From: the human T2T-CHM13v2.0 reference genome, Homo sapiens
NCBI RefSeq assembly: GCF_009914755.1
Contig: NC_060937.1
Reading direction: 5' to 3' (one strand)
Length of the DNA: 64,000 nt
Below the pieces are notes generated by a model. That model saw only the letters and a list, made by a program, of their open reading frames with translations. It ran no database searches and was not told where the DNA came from. Shown piece after piece: positions 12,661 to 26,310 of this stretch. The first letter of the stretch is position 1; the number at the start of each line of letters is the position of its first letter. Position numbers and translations under genes: made by a program.

Positions 12661-14564
12661 TACATACACAGACTAAGGCAGAGACCTGAAGGGACAATGC
12701 AAAATTTCACTTTAAATATATGCAAGACCATAAAACACCATTTCAAAAGCATAGAAGAGGAAGGGTTTCTCAATTCAGAGACCAGGGAAAAGTCCAGGGT
12801 GGCAAAAGTGAAGGTCAAGTTGGGGAAAGTGTGTTGCCGAAATGTTTCTTTTTTGCACTCTCACTCCCTCCCCAGCGACTCAAAGGTCAGATTCTGTTGG
12901 AAGCTTGGAGTTCAATGATGTGGACTGTTCTTAGTCTCAATGAGGAGGCTAAGAAGTAGGTAGATGAGGATGTTGTGATAGGATTTGTTACAAAGTGAGG
13001 ACGACACCTTGAGAGAGGCAGGTTAGAGGTCCCCTGTGGTAGTGGACTCAGCAGATAGAGGCCAAGGAATTGGGGCTGGAGAGACATTTCTATGCTTTTT
13101 TAAAGGCTCAATTCAAATATCACCTTTCATGTTAGATTTTCACTTCCCAAAGGAAACTGACATTCTGTGTACCATTTCCATGGCAACTTGCTCATCCTTC
13201 TGCTCTTACGTCCCTGGTATTTGTCCCTGGATGTTATCAGCAGGTTTGAGCTTGCCCCCCACTGGGCTATAGGCTCTGGGGCTGCAGGCTCACGTCTGGA
13301 TCCCAAAATTCTCACTGTACCTGCGCATAGATGGCATCACCGCCCAGAAGATGCTTGTTGAAGAAATGCGATTAGAGTTGTTCTAGAGGCTTTTCTGCGG
13401 ATGGGGGGGAAGGGAGGAAATCTTTATGTATCTGTTAAAAATGTTAAACCATCTTCATCATGTTGCATTATAACTTCTTTATCTCGTTTCTTTTTCTTGA
13501 ATCGCTAGAATTTGAAAATGTATCTTCAATCATATTGAAGTCCTCAAATAAGTGTTTTTGTTTCATTAAATGATTTCTTTGATATCATGCTGGCATTAAC
13601 TAGGCTGAGTCTACTGTGGTCAAAAGAAACGTGAACCTAAGGTTCTTTGCCTGGGGTTTCTATCTCCCTAGCTACTGCTGCCTGGTTCTATCACCAACGT
13701 TTTAAATACTGGTATTAGCGCATGTCAATTCTTGTCCTCGTACACTTTTGAATTACTTTGACAAGGAATACCAAGTCACTATTATAGAGCCAATCCAGAT
13801 GAGGCAAGGAATGTCACTCATACATGGGGATCTAAAAAATGCATTTTCCATACCTTCTTCTTGGCTCCAATTGAAGGTATGGAGGAAGGTAAGAACTTCC
13901 CTTCTCAGAGTGAGGAGCCACTTGCTACCAGATTTCTAGAGTCTCATCGGAAACTGTCAGCCACAAGCAGAATTCCAAGGCTTGTGAAATTACAGGTCAA
14001 CTGCCTCCCATGCCAATTCTCCTTCCTTCCCCAAAGGTACAAAGGTTGTCATGAACTTTCACCTGCTAAAACAAGAGCCCTAGAAAAACACTCAAGCCTG
14101 CTCTGAGGAGTCAATGCTACTTATTCCTTCCTTCCCTTGAAAAGAGTATAATCAAATTAAACAAATGCACACTATGACCAAATGACCACTCCAGACCTTA
14201 TAACCTTTCCAGTATATTTGCCTTAAAAATACTATTTATTCAACCAACAGAGTCATATAGACTTAGGTCCGGTGCCTAAAGATGTCAATGGGGCAGTCAG
14301 CATTCTGGGAATTCCTGTGTGAAGATTTGATCTTTGGAGAGTCTAGGTATTCAAGTGGAGGAATAGTGGGAAGAAAAATCCACAGCATGCTTCCTTTAGG
14401 CATAGGACATAGTATAAAAATATGTGGCATATTTGGCATAGGTAAAATCACCTGTCAAGGCTAGAGGAATGGGGCTAGCTTAGGAGGGCTGCCAGGCCCC
14501 ATTACAGACATAGCCCTTTGTCATACAGACAAAACGTTGTTATCACAGCATTTTATGTGATATC

Positions 14565-14613
14565 ATTAAATCATTAAATTAATTTAATTTAATTTAATTA
14601 ATTAAATTAAATT
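14565..14613. repeat. AT-rich low-complexity repeat containing a 28-bp perfect palindrome
   Basis: AATTTAATTTAATTAATTAAATTAAATT at 14586-14613 is its own reverse complement. Confidence 0.85.
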
Positions 14614-15016
14614 GTGTGTATCTTTACCTTAGAAATGCAATTCTAGCTACAATTTACAGAAAAGATGAAAGGGGAAGATATTTATCTTTGAAATATATCT
14701 GTACATGTATATACCCCACATTTGACATTTGAATGCACACATACATATTTTTTTAAAGCTGGTATAAAACAGTACTTATGTTTATTTTTGTTGTAAGCCT
14801 ATAAAACTATTTGACTTTAAAAATCATATAAATCATCTCAATAAAGCCAAAGAAACGAAGGAGAATAGAATAATAAAATACCAAAAGAATTCTGAAATTC
14901 ATCAGGATACAAAATATCTACCTGCTATAACACCCTACAGATTTACGGCTTTGATGAGACACTGTCTCCACTTTGGGGTCAGGATCATATATATGACCAG
15001 ATAGAATAAATCGTCC

Positions 15017-15326
15017 TTGTTTGTTTTGTTTGTTTGTTTTTGTTTTTATGAGACAGAGTCTCGCTCCTTCGCCCAGGCTGGAGTGCAGTGGTGCAATCTT
15101 GGCTTACTGCTACCTCCGCCTCCCCAGTTCAAGTGATTCTCATGCTTCAGCCTCCTGAGTAGCTGAGACTATAGTCGCACATCACCACGCTCAGCTAAGT
15201 TGTGTATTTTTAGTAGAAACAGGGTTTGTCATGTTGGCCAGGCTGGTCCCGAACTCCTTACCTCAAGTGATCTGCCTCAGCCTCCCAAAGTGCTGGGATT
15301 ACAGGCGTGAGCCACCATGCCCAGCC
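15017..15326 (-). mobile_element. Alu (AluS, Sx/Sz-like)
   Basis: Full dimeric Alu in reverse orientation with a (TTTG)n tail. Confidence 0.95.
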
Positions 15327-15489
15327 AATAGTACTTCTGAAGCCACAGATGTGTAAATGTGTATAAACACAATTGAGAAAAACAGAAATATCAGGAGCCT
15401 TAATAAGGTTAGACAGTTTTGTAACTCTCCTCCTAAAATTCTGTCCCAGGAATAATTAGAATTGGGCATAGAATGTATAATCAATTATG

Positions 15490-15700
15490 CTGAGCACATT
15501 ATTATTTATAATACCTAAAAATCAAAACTAAATTTAATGTTCAGAAACAGGAGAATAAAATATGTCATGGTAAATTCACATAATGGAATATCACATACAT
15601 TAAAATCACTTCTTATGAGAACATGTAGAGATATAATAAACTGCCAAGTGAGAAATGAAAGACAAAAAACATAAAGTATGATCAAAATATTGCTTTAAAA
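15490..15700 (+). mobile_element. Old L1ME 3' fragment
   Basis: 'atggtaaattcacataatggaatatcac...aagtgagaaa' resembles the L1M 3' UTR. Confidence 0.5.
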
Positions 15701-16552
15701 TTTTTTATCATCCACCTATTGTTTTTTCAATCATATTATTCTGTCAATGTATCTATAGTCTGTGATTATACTGTAAATAATTAAAATGTAGATTGTGAGA
15801 TAATGAAAGCAAACACAAACAAGCAAACAAAACAAAATAGTAGAGACCTGTAATTCAGATGGTTGAAGGAAGCTTGAGTTGAATTTTCTAGAATATACAT
15901 ACTTGAGTTTAGAGAGGCAGCTTCTTATTCTGAAACCTTTAAATGTCCATAGCATATTTCTGCCATGGTATATTTTGAAAAAACTTCTATATAAAGCCAT
16001 GGCCCAAAATCTTTTCAGTTAATTTATTTATTTTTGGATTTCTTAATAACCAGGCCATAAACAAGTACAGAAATCTTAAAGTCTATCCCTTTTGTGTGTC
16101 AAAAGGAAAAATTATCCTGGCTAGACTATTTGCGAAGTCAGTGACCTTCTTTGAAGTATTTACTTTTAGCTTGCACTTTACGAGCTTTCTTTTTCCTTCC
16201 AATGAACTCCACAGACAGGAGGACATGGTGAACGCGAGGGATGAACTGTGTGCTCAGCGTATGGCCGGCAGGAGGTGTGTGAGGGCCACGACAGGGAGGG
16301 GAGATGGGTAGGAATCTCAAGGTTTCAGTTACACACACAAAATCTAGAATGACCTACTCATCTATATAAATGTTTACAGGGCTTCTGTTTTTGCAAAATG
16401 CCATCGTTACCCACAGACATGGTGCCTGAGAAGTGAGCAGGGGTGTCCAAAGAAACAGAGCTGTGTCCTACACCGTCCTAGGGACAAATCCGAATCTCTG
16501 TGACCTCGAGCAAGTCACCAGCTTCCCTGAACACTGCTTTCGTCTGCGGTTT

Positions 16553-16935
16553 TGTATTAGTTCACTTTCATACTGTTATAAAGAACTGCCCCAGACTGGG
16601 TAATTCATAAAGGAAAGAGATTTCATTGACTCACAGTTCAGTGTGGCTGGGGAGAACTCGGGAAACTCACAATCATGGTGGAAGGTGAAGGGAAACAAGG
16701 CAACGTCTTCACAACGGGGCAGGAAGGAGAAATGCTGAGTGAATAGGGAAGAGCCCCTTATAAAACCATCAGATCTCGTGAGAACTCACTATCACGAGAA
16801 CAGCATAGGGGAAACCATCCCCATGATTCAGTTACCTCCACCTGGTCTCTCCCGTAACACGTGGGGATTATGGGGATAATGGGGATTACAATTCAAGATG
16901 AGATTTAAGTGGAGACACAAACCCTAACCATATCA
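16553..16935 (-). mobile_element. THE1D-like MaLR solo LTR
   Basis: TG...CA termini (tgtattag...accatatca); 'ttataaaaccatcagatctcgtgagaactcactatcacgagaacagca'. Confidence 0.92.
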
Positions 16936-18068
16936 GGGGCTTCAGGAGGCTATAGATAAAGTGTTTGGCAAATAACTGGTGGTTTGAGACGTATTTGTTC
17001 CTCTTTCCGTAAAAGGTCTTTAAGGCCCTTTAAAGGATTGTCAGCTGTACTTCTCACTCACCTTCCATTGTTCTGACTTTTCTCTCTAGGCCCATATATT
17101 TTGTGTAATCTGGGATAGCCTCAGTTTCCTATAGTTTAAATATGTTAAAATATGATAATTGCATCTAAAATTTAATGTGTAATTTTTCATAACCTTGTAA
17201 ATCTTCACATCAAAAAAAATTATGGCAGGAAAATATGCATTTTTTTCACAAAACATTTTCTTAAGTTTTTTTTGAAAATGTGAAAACCTTTAACTATAAA
17301 CGTTCCTATGATAGGATACAAAGTGTTTTTCTCCTTATTAAGCCCTGCTAGGTACATCTAGGGCTTAGCATATAATAGTTGCTCAATAAATATTTGTCAA
17401 AGAAGCGAGTGTTAGATCCCGGGGGCTGGGTGAGGGAGGGGTAGTTACAGAGCCAGCCCTCACTGTGCAAGTGACTTTTATGCAGGAGAAAGCAGCTTAG
17501 AATCATGATAAAGATTATAAAATGTAACTCCAATTCCTCTGAGTGGACATGGGCTCTGTGCCCTGATGGAGGGCATGCACCTTCCTCAGGACCTCCTCAG
17601 CGCCCCCCACGGGGTCAGGGAGGTGTCATTGCTCAGTCCAGAATGCCCCTCATCCAGGAGGTCCTCAGCTCCCACTGTGGTGCTGCACCATGGGCAACCT
17701 GGCCTTCCCTGGTGCCTCCATTTTTACAACACCAAGCAACCTCTAGGGGGAAAAGATGGATCTTTCCATGGAAGCTCCACCCAGCACACTGCCACTCCAT
17801 TCCCAGGTGTCTCCATTTAGTTACTGAAGAATTAGGTTTCTTAAAGCCTCAAAGCTCTGCACCTGGGTGTATTTGAATCCACTGACTCCATGCAGCTGTT
17901 TCTAAGAAGCAAAAACACGTTCACAGCTCTTCTTTTGCTCCCATTCTTTTAGTGATGAGACATGCTTCCCTCCCTCGACATCCCCAGGACATCTGAGTGT
18001 CCCTTCGGTGGCCATCAGAAGGGGTGGGAGACCTCCCAAGCATGGCTGCTTCAGAGTCCCTGCCTGAG

Positions 18069-18140
18069 TGCCCAGGTGCCCATGTGCCCAGGTGCCCAGC
18101 TGCAGGTACCCAGCTGCCCAGGTGCCCAGCAGCTGTGCCC
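18069..18140. repeat. Degenerate (TGCCCAGG)n short tandem repeat
   Basis: Repeated tgcccagg/tgcccagc units. Confidence 0.75.
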
Positions 18141-18389
18141 ACACAGGCTCTGCATTGCTTTCAAGAGGAGCCAATGTTGCCAAGCTCATCTCTTCCCACG
18201 ATTTGCCATTTGACTTCCACAGAGAGGAACTGTTCTCTCTGTACAGATGCCAACCATGACTGTGATGACACCAGGCTAACAGGTTGCTCCTGAGGAAGCT
18301 TCGGCACCACCCAGTGGACAAGAACAAGCATTCTCTGGGTCCCTGAAAGCTGAATTATTTTTGCTCTCATGCCGGCTCTTACGTTCATA

Positions 18390-18967
18390 CGTGTATGAGT
18401 GTGTGTGCGTGTGAGTGTGAACATGTGAGTGTGAGAACTCAAGGGTGTGAGTGCATATGAATGAGAGTGTGTGTATGAGGATGGGCATGTGTGTGCACGA
18501 GTGAGGGTGTGTGAGGAGTGTGTATGTGATGGTGTGTGGTGTGTGAGAATGTGTGTGAATGAGCGTATGTGACTGTGTGTGAGGATGTATGTGTGCACGA
18601 GAGTGAGGGTGTATGTTTGTGAGAGTGTGAAAGTGTGCATATGAGTGTGTATGTGTAAGGATGCAAATGTAAGAATGTGTGTGTGTGTCCATGAGAAAGG
18701 GTGGGTGGTGTGAGAGTGTATGAGTGTGAATGTGCATGAGAGTGTAAGAGTATGTGAGTGTGCAAATGTAAGAATGTGTGTGTCCATGAGAGAGGGTGAG
18801 TGGTGTGAGTGTATGAGTGTGAATGTGCATGAGAGTGTAAGAGTATGTGAGTGTGCAAATGTAAGGGTGTGTGTGTGTCCATGAGAGAGGGTGAGTGGTG
18901 TGAGAGGGTGTATGAGAGTATGAGTATGCATGAGTGTAACAGTGTGTGTGTGTGTGTGTGTGTGTGT
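18390..18967. repeat. Compound (TG/GA)-rich repeat with three ~93-99-bp higher-order units, ending in (GT)13
   Basis: gcaaatgtaag anchors at 18663, 18762 and 18855; pure GT run at 18942-18967. Confidence 0.92.
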
Positions 18968-20329
18968 ACACATGTCATGTCAGTTAATTTTTCAGTTTTT
19001 TGCCTGTTTTTTTAAGTGCACATTTCACATTCTGCTAAAGCTGAGTGAATGAAGGCTTGTTTTCAGCAGTCACTGACAATAACGCCATTCCCTGTTGATG
19101 GTCTTTCCCCCTACTGGTGCATGACCCTATGTTACAGGGCAAAATACCCGGCCATACATGTGTGACATTCAAGAGACGAGTGGCACTAACCACGGAAATA
19201 TGTCTTTGAAGCCATGTGTCTTTATCAGCAAAATAAAGAATTTGACAGAATCAGGAGCCCAAAATAGTTATTTATTTGATTGTTGGTCTGTGTATTTTAA
19301 TAAAGATTGGCCACACTGACTTCAAATGAAATAAGTGGGCAAAGTCCAACACGTGAATGAGATGAAAGGGTCGCTGGTCTGGTGGAGCTGGGGCTGGAGG
19401 ACGGGCTGCCTGATTCACCCCCTGTCGCTCCCTAATTGCCCTGGGGTGCATCTGCCAACTCTATGGTTTCAGGGAGAAAAGTTTAAAAAAAAAATCACTA
19501 TTTTACATAATCCCTATGCCCAGTTAACCTCTACATTTTAAAATTCAAATACCAACCTGCAGACATCAGGGGAGGCAAGACTGTCCCTGAGGTGAGCTGG
19601 GGAGACTTAGTCAGATGAAATGACCGGAGCGGGCTGTCCATTTCCCCAAGGCTGGTCCAATCTTGTGACACTTAACGCCGACATCTGGATCCTGCTCTCA
19701 TCCGACGGCTGCAGGTGCCTAGGGGAGGCCATCCTCTCAAGGGAGCCCAAAGGACGGTAAATCCCCCTCCTTCCTCCTGTCACCAGCCCTGACACTGTGC
19801 TTGTTCCAGAAGCCTCAACTATTTATAGATGCAGAGGCTGAGAAGCAGCAAAAGAGAGCAAGCTGAAATGACAGAGTGGCCTCGTTATTCCTCCTCCTCT
19901 CCACTACCCCTAAACAAGCTTCCCAGTCGGCTCTTCTCACTATCTGTCCCAGGAGCATGTGCACGTTGGACTCCTGTGGAAATCCTACAACCACAGTGCA
20001 CCCAGATGACCTCCTGGTCTTTTATTTCACTAACAGACATGAATAAACCAGGCACTGGGAACATATTAAAACACAATTGCTGGACAAGTTACAAGGTTGA
20101 AATATGCTGGTCCTAACCAGACCCTGCTTTCTCCTAGGTCGTGCAAACTTCTCTTCAGGCCCGCATTGATTCCTCTAACCCTCTAACAACTCTGTGAAAA
20201 GACAAAGCATTGTTGCCTTCATTTTGAGAAGAAGAGGAAAAACAAATGCTCTAATATGCTTTAAGAAGCCGAAAACAGCCAGCAACTGTGATGGCGATGT
20301 CATCTATAAGGAGGAATCTGCCCTGCTTG

Positions 20330-20790
20330 CTCTCTGGCCCGCCTTGGGACTCACGGCCCACCCTCCTTGCACTCATCCTGAGGCTCTTCTAGTTCTTCAG
20401 ACAGGCAGCACTCTCCCCTCCTTCCTCAGCGCCTAACACAGGCTGTTCCTGCTGCCAGCATTGTGCTGTTCCCAACACACTGCCTATCTGTCTGTGCCCC
20501 ATCCACATTCAGCTCAAATATTTCATCCCGAACGAGGCCCCCGGGACCTCCCACTCAAAATTAGGCTGCACTTTCAGGCTGTCTTGTGATTCCACTCTTT
20601 TTTTTTTCCATTTTCTTCCTCAACACTTTTTAAAATGGGTACTCTTTTGAGTGAAGATGCATTCATTATTTATCTTCTTCTCATGCTGAACTACAAGTTC
20701 TGCGAGGGCCAGCCAGCCGACCTTTGCCTTGCCTAGGTGTCCTCCTAGGCAGGGGTCCTCCACGAGATGTGCTGCATTGGGGCATGAATC
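20330..20790 (+). mobile_element. L2 fragment
   Basis: 'ctagttcttcagacaggc...gctgttcctgctgcc...cagctcaaatatttc' resembles L2. Confidence 0.5.
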
Positions 20791-20980
20791 AGGATGTCTG
20801 AGACTTACACTGAAAGCCAGCTCAGCCCAGGTGCAGTCGACTTTCCAATGGCCTCTGCCATAGTATGGTCCCAAACTCTTTCAAAAGCCTATGTTTGTTT
20901 TAATTATAAATGCAAAATTAAATTATGTTTAGGGCCAATTTTAGTAACAAATTGTTCTTTATTCAAATATTTAAAATGGG

Positions 20981-21266
20981 AAGTGGGCATGGTAGTTCAC
21001 ACCTGTAATCCCAGCACTTTGGGAGGCTGAGGAGGGAGGATTGCCGGAGCCAGGAGTTCAAGACCAGCCTGGGAAGCAAAGTGAGACCCTGTCTCTACAA
21101 AAAAATTCAAAAATTAGCCAGGTGTGGTAGAGTGCACCTGTGGTCCTAGCAGTGGGAGGATTGCTTGAGCCAGGGAGGTCGAGGCTGCAGTGAGCTGTGA
21201 TTGTGCCCCTGCACTCCAGCCTGGGTGACAGAGTAAGAGCCTGTCTCAAATATAAATACATAAATA
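20981..21266 (+). mobile_element. Alu (AluJ), small right-arm deletion
   Basis: 'ggaggattgc', 'gagaccctgtctctacaaaa' and 'gaggtcgaggctgcagtgagctgtgatt' are AluJ-type features. Confidence 0.93.
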
Positions 21267-23020
21267 CCATCAGTAAGTTGAACAGACATAATTGTAGACA
21301 TAAGAAAGCATAATTTTATTTTGTTTTCCTACCACCTTTAAAAAAATATCTGATTTAGTAATCTTTCTCAGACACTGAACAAATCTTCTGAGAGAGTTCC
21401 CATGCCATATCTGCCTATATGTAGTCAAGAGACAGACTTAGGGTCACTTTATACTGCAAAATAATTTTAATTCTGTGATTAGAATCTACATGTAAAGATG
21501 CGCTTCCAAACTCCAGAATTAACCGAGCATTAGGTCTTCCTGTTTTCCACAGCTCATGGCAGGAAGCCTGCAGTGGGGACGGAGAATACAGTTCTTTCAC
21601 TCCCTACGCTTTGCTCCATGTGGCTGCTTGGTTTTGTCCTTTCTTAGCTGGAAAGTTGAATGCTGGGGTCCCCAGAGAGGCCGTGGCAGGACTGAAGCTG
21701 ACTCTAACTCAATGCAGGGCCTCTTCAGAGCTCTCCTGCTGGGCTCCTCTCTCCTGGGATTCCCTTATCCTGCACAGATGCATTTCTGCTCTGGAAGGGT
21801 CACTTGCGATTTTGTCCTCTGTCGCTGGACTCCCAGTGGAACACATCCTGTGAAGGTCTCCTGGACACCTGCTGAGGGGACCCACATCAACCCAATACTG
21901 ACTTTTGCCTGTATGGCCCAGATCTCCTGCAGGAAAAGTACTCAAATGTCCTTGCTCCACAAACTCTGGCAATAGGCCAACCCTGGAGCCACCTCCAAAG
22001 CATCCTTTCATCCATTTGTTCCCCATCTCGGCTGCCCAGAGCACTCCGGATTCAGGGCACCTGCACCTCAGGCCACAGCCCTCCTGACATTCCAGGCAAG
22101 GGCGAGCCACCAGCCATCTGTGGCTCCCAAACGCAGAATCCACCTCTCAGCGCTCTGTTTTACCAACCTCCAGCACCCGCAGGAAGATTAACCCCCAGCT
22201 CATCACTTCACAAAGGGTGCAGGGGAGCACCTCGCTCCTTTCTGAATCTTCTTTCTTATCCTTGACCTTGCTAAGGGGTCTCAGAAGAGTTTCTTGATGC
22301 CACTCCCTGTGTAAATGTGAAAGGTCAGGAAGAGGAAACGAGTGTCATACTTGCTTTGGCATTTGGCAGCTCCACAAAAATAGGAAGCTGAGAGGATCTC
22401 AGTCTCACATTTTCCTACAATCATTTAAAGTCAGCTACTGTAATATTAACATGATCGTCCTCAGCAATCCTAGATAAATATGATTTGCTGCAGGAGGGAT
22501 GAGTCCCAAGTGGAATCAGAGAGTATCCAGGAGGACTCTGGGGATAGAGTGGGCCAGGAAAGAATTATCTGCCCAATGTTCCTTTCATCCCCAATTTAAC
22601 TTTGGAACACACTTTTCTAAAATAGAATACTGACAATAGACTCTCTGGCTGGTGGAACCCTTTTAATTGGAAAGACATGAAAAAAACCTATCATTTCAGT
22701 TCAGTTGTCTCTAGTGAATTACTTAGCTAACAACAATGAGGAATTTTGGGAAAACTCAGTACTTATCAACACGCACAGATGTTGACAAATATCTTCAATT
22801 TGGTGTAAAGTTCCTAATTAAAATAACACCTATCCCTCTCTTTGAATAACTGGCAATATTAATCCTGAATGTTCCTTAACACCCAGAAATGCCTTTGCCA
22901 CCTAGTTACACCCTTTCCTTCCCATTGCTAATTGGGGCTTCATTTCCCCAGGACTCCTGTGAGTCTGGGGACCAGGTCATCTACCGTAGTTACTGGTGAC
23001 CGTCTCATCTTCCTTCCTAG

Positions 23021-23336
<316 letters not shown>

Positions 23337-23829
23337 AAAAACAAGAAGGCTTTTTAAGGATACAAACTCCCACTTTAGCATTTTTGTTTCCACAATACTA
23401 CCAAAGGTAGGGTAGGGGAATGATGAGTCTTACTGAATTGGTTTTAATTTAACACGATTATTGTTAAATAATTGATCATTTTCAAATAATTAAAAATTAT
23501 ATAGTAATGAATAAAAGATAAAATCTTTTTTAAAATGATTAAAAGATTATATAGAAAAACATATGTTGGAATTCAAGCACAGAATGCTAGTAACTTGAAA
23601 TGAAGAGCAGTCTTTTATGACATGGAATATATTGATTTTAAAGAGAAAATTTTATCTTGACCAAAGTTGAATTTTGTTTCAGCAGTAGCTCTTGAATGGA
23701 TCGATGGATCTCTAAATGTGCTAAACTCAGACCTAATAAAGAGCAGCAACATGGAAGGAAAAGGGGTGATTGATTCGTGAATGCAAAGTGCAGAAATGCA
23801 AATGATTAAATTCCCCTGTGGATTCATGT

Positions 23830-24350
23830 TTTGAGCAGGATATTTTGAGCAGGGAGTCTCTACGGACTCTGTTCTGAGTCCTCGGTGTTCCGTGGTGTGT
23901 ATGTTGATAGGTTCCTCTCATACAAGACTTACTTTCTAGATAGGAGAAGGGCAGAATATAACAAACAGATAAGCTACAAATATCATTTACGATGGTGCCA
24001 TGAAGAACATAAAATAGGCTGATGTGAAGAAGCGGCAGAGCAAGCAAGGGTGGAGCAGCTGGGCCTCGAGGGGAGGACGGCGGGGGCCGGGGGCCAGCCT
24101 CTGAAATGCTAAGGGTTGAATGAGGACCACAGGAAAAGCCAGGGAAATGTCTGGGGAAGAACTTTCCAGAATGGTTTCTCCTGTAGTATGGTAGAAGCAA
24201 GCTGGGAGTATAGGGGAGACAGCAAGTGGGTGACAGGTTTCAGATGAAGGCAGAGGGTAGGGAAGCGCCCACCTGGTAGGAAGTTCAATTTCACATGATT
24301 GAAAGTCTCTGAATCTTCCCACAGTATAATCAAGCAACTGTATGTTTTTG
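23830..24350 (-). mobile_element. L2 fragment
   Basis: Purine-rich; 'ctcatacaagacttactttctag...gtctggggaagaactttccag' resembles reversed L2. Confidence 0.55.
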
Positions 24351-24373
24351 TTTTAGAAAATAGGTCACATTAT

Positions 24374-24620
24374 TATTTATTTATTATTATTATTATTATT
24401 GTTATTATTTTGAGACGGAGTCTCACTCTGTCGCCAGGCTAGAGTGCAGTGGTGGAATCTTGGCTCACTGCAACCTCCACCTCCAGGTTCAAGCAATTCT
24501 CCTGCCTCAGCCTCCCGAGTAGCTGGGACTAGAGGCACATGCCACCACACCTAGCTAATTTTTGTACTTTCAGTAGAGACGGGGTATCACCGTGTTGGCC
24601 AGGATGGTCTTGATCTCTTG
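24374..24620 (-). mobile_element. 5'-truncated Alu (AluSc-like) with 18-bp TSD
   Basis: 'ctgtcgccaggct' and 'ggccaggatggtcttgatctcttg'; TSD gaaaa(t/c)aggtcacattat at 24356-73 and 24621-38. Confidence 0.93.
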
Positions 24621-24641
24621 GAAAACAGGTCACATTATCAA

Positions 24642-25478
24642 CATTAACAGGTACTTCTCCAAAGAAGACATACAACGGCCCACAATCGTGACAAAATGCT
24701 CAATATAACCATCATCAAAGAAATGCAAGTTACAACCACAATATCATCTCATACTAGTCAGAATGGCTATTAATAAAAAGTCAAAATAATAACAGATGTT
24801 GGTGAGGGCGTGGAGAAAAGGATACACTTATATGCTACTGGAAGGGATGTAAACTAGTTCAACCCCAGTGGAAAACAGTATGGGAATTTCTCAAAGAACT
24901 AAAAATAGATCTACCATTTGACCCAGCAATTCCACTACTGGGTATCCATCCAAAAGAAAAGAAATAGTTTTAATCAAAAAGTCACCTGCAATCCTATGTT
25001 TATTGCAGCCTTATTCACAATAACAAGATCACGGAATCAACTTAAGCGTCCATCAATGGATGATTGGATAAAGAAAATATGGTGCATATACACCATGGAA
25101 TACTATGTAGCCATAAAAAATGAAATTATGTCCTTTGCAGGAACATGGATGCAGCTAGAGGCCATTTTCCTAAGTGAATTAATGCAAAAACAGAAAATCA
25201 AATGCTGACTGTTCTCAGCTATAAGTGGGAGCTCAACAGTGGGCACACATGGACATAAAGATGGAAACAACAGACACTGGGCACTCCAAGAGTCTGGATG
25301 GAGGGAGGGAAGGAGGGAGGGGGAAGGGCTGCAAATCTACTTCTTGGATGCTATGTTCACTATTTGGGTGACGAGTTCAACTGAAGCCCAAACTCCAGAA
25401 TCACTCAATATGCCCATGTAGCAAACCTGCATATGTAACCCCCGTGAATCTAAAAAGAAAAAAAAAAAAAGAAAGAAA
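24642..25478 (+). mobile_element. L1 3' end (old L1PA/L1PB class) with poly(A)
   Basis: ORF2 C-terminal remnants (ORF 24918-25208: MFIAALFTI, WIKKIW..YTMEYY), 3' UTR and A tail. Confidence 0.93.
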
Positions 25479-25663
25479 TTGATCCAGTGCACATGCACAC
25501 ACACACACACACACACATCACCTGGGAGCCAAAAAAGAAAAGAAGATGGGTCACAAACCGAAGTGTAGGGAAATTAATTACAGTGATATGTCTTATGTCT
25601 TATATATTCTTATTGAATTGGGATAATAATTTTACCTACTTTAGCAAAACGAGTTGCCTAGAG

Positions 25664-25901
25664 CAACACTGTTCAATACTGTGGGCACTAGTGACATGTA
25701 GCTATTTCAGTTTCTCAGATGAAATACTCTGTATAAGTATCACCCACACAACATTTATACTAAAAAGTGAAATAAAATTAGAAATTCAGATTGTCAATTG
25801 CACTAGCCATATGTCAAGTGCTCAGTAGCCACATGTAGCACATGGCTGCCATGGACACAGAGCATCTCCATCAGTGCAGAGATGTCTTTGGAACAGCACT
25901 G
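25664..25901. mobile_element. MER33/MER3-like hAT-Charlie element
   Basis: 'cactagccatatgtcaagtgctcagtagccacatgt'; imperfect TIRs caacactgttc/gaacagcactg. Confidence 0.75.
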
Positions 25902-26067
25902 GGAAAAATGCCTGAAATCCCAAAACCAAAAATTAGGCAAAAATATATTTAATTTTCAAAACAATAACATTCCTCAACAGAATACTGGCATAGAACTTTA
26001 ACATTTTTAAAATAAAGTACAACAATATTAACTAAAAAAATTCTAAACACTACTACTATTATTAATT

Positions 26068-26310
26068 ATAATAGTGACTAACAATTATGCATTGCCTTAT
26101 ATGTGGTAAATGTGTGCTAAATGTCTTAACCACATTCTCTTATCATTTTCACTTAAATCTAATGACACAGGCACTGTTATTATGTGCACTTTATGGCTAT
26201 GAAGGTGGAGGCTCAGAATAGTTCATTAACTTCCCCAAGGCTAGAGAGATATTACATGTGGCCCCAAGTGTCAAACCTAGGAAGCAGACCCCAGAGTTTG
26301 TGTTCCCAAC
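26068..26310 (-). mobile_element. MIR SINE
   Basis: 'gaggctcagaatagttcattaacttccccaagg' is a reversed MIR core. Confidence 0.7.

Noticed and set aside
17598-17616. CTCF-like motif on the minus strand (ccccgtggggggcgctg)
   Set aside because: Mismatches at conserved core positions; cannot be supported without ChIP data.
18161-18978. Longest ORFs in the window (270, 231 and 179 aa; His/Thr-rich)
   Set aside because: They are translations of the CA-rich strand of a simple repeat, which lacks stop codons. Not evidence of a gene.
24061-24093. G-run cluster (possible G-quadruplex)
   Set aside because: One loop is 8 nt, it sits in an L2 relic, and there is no functional context.
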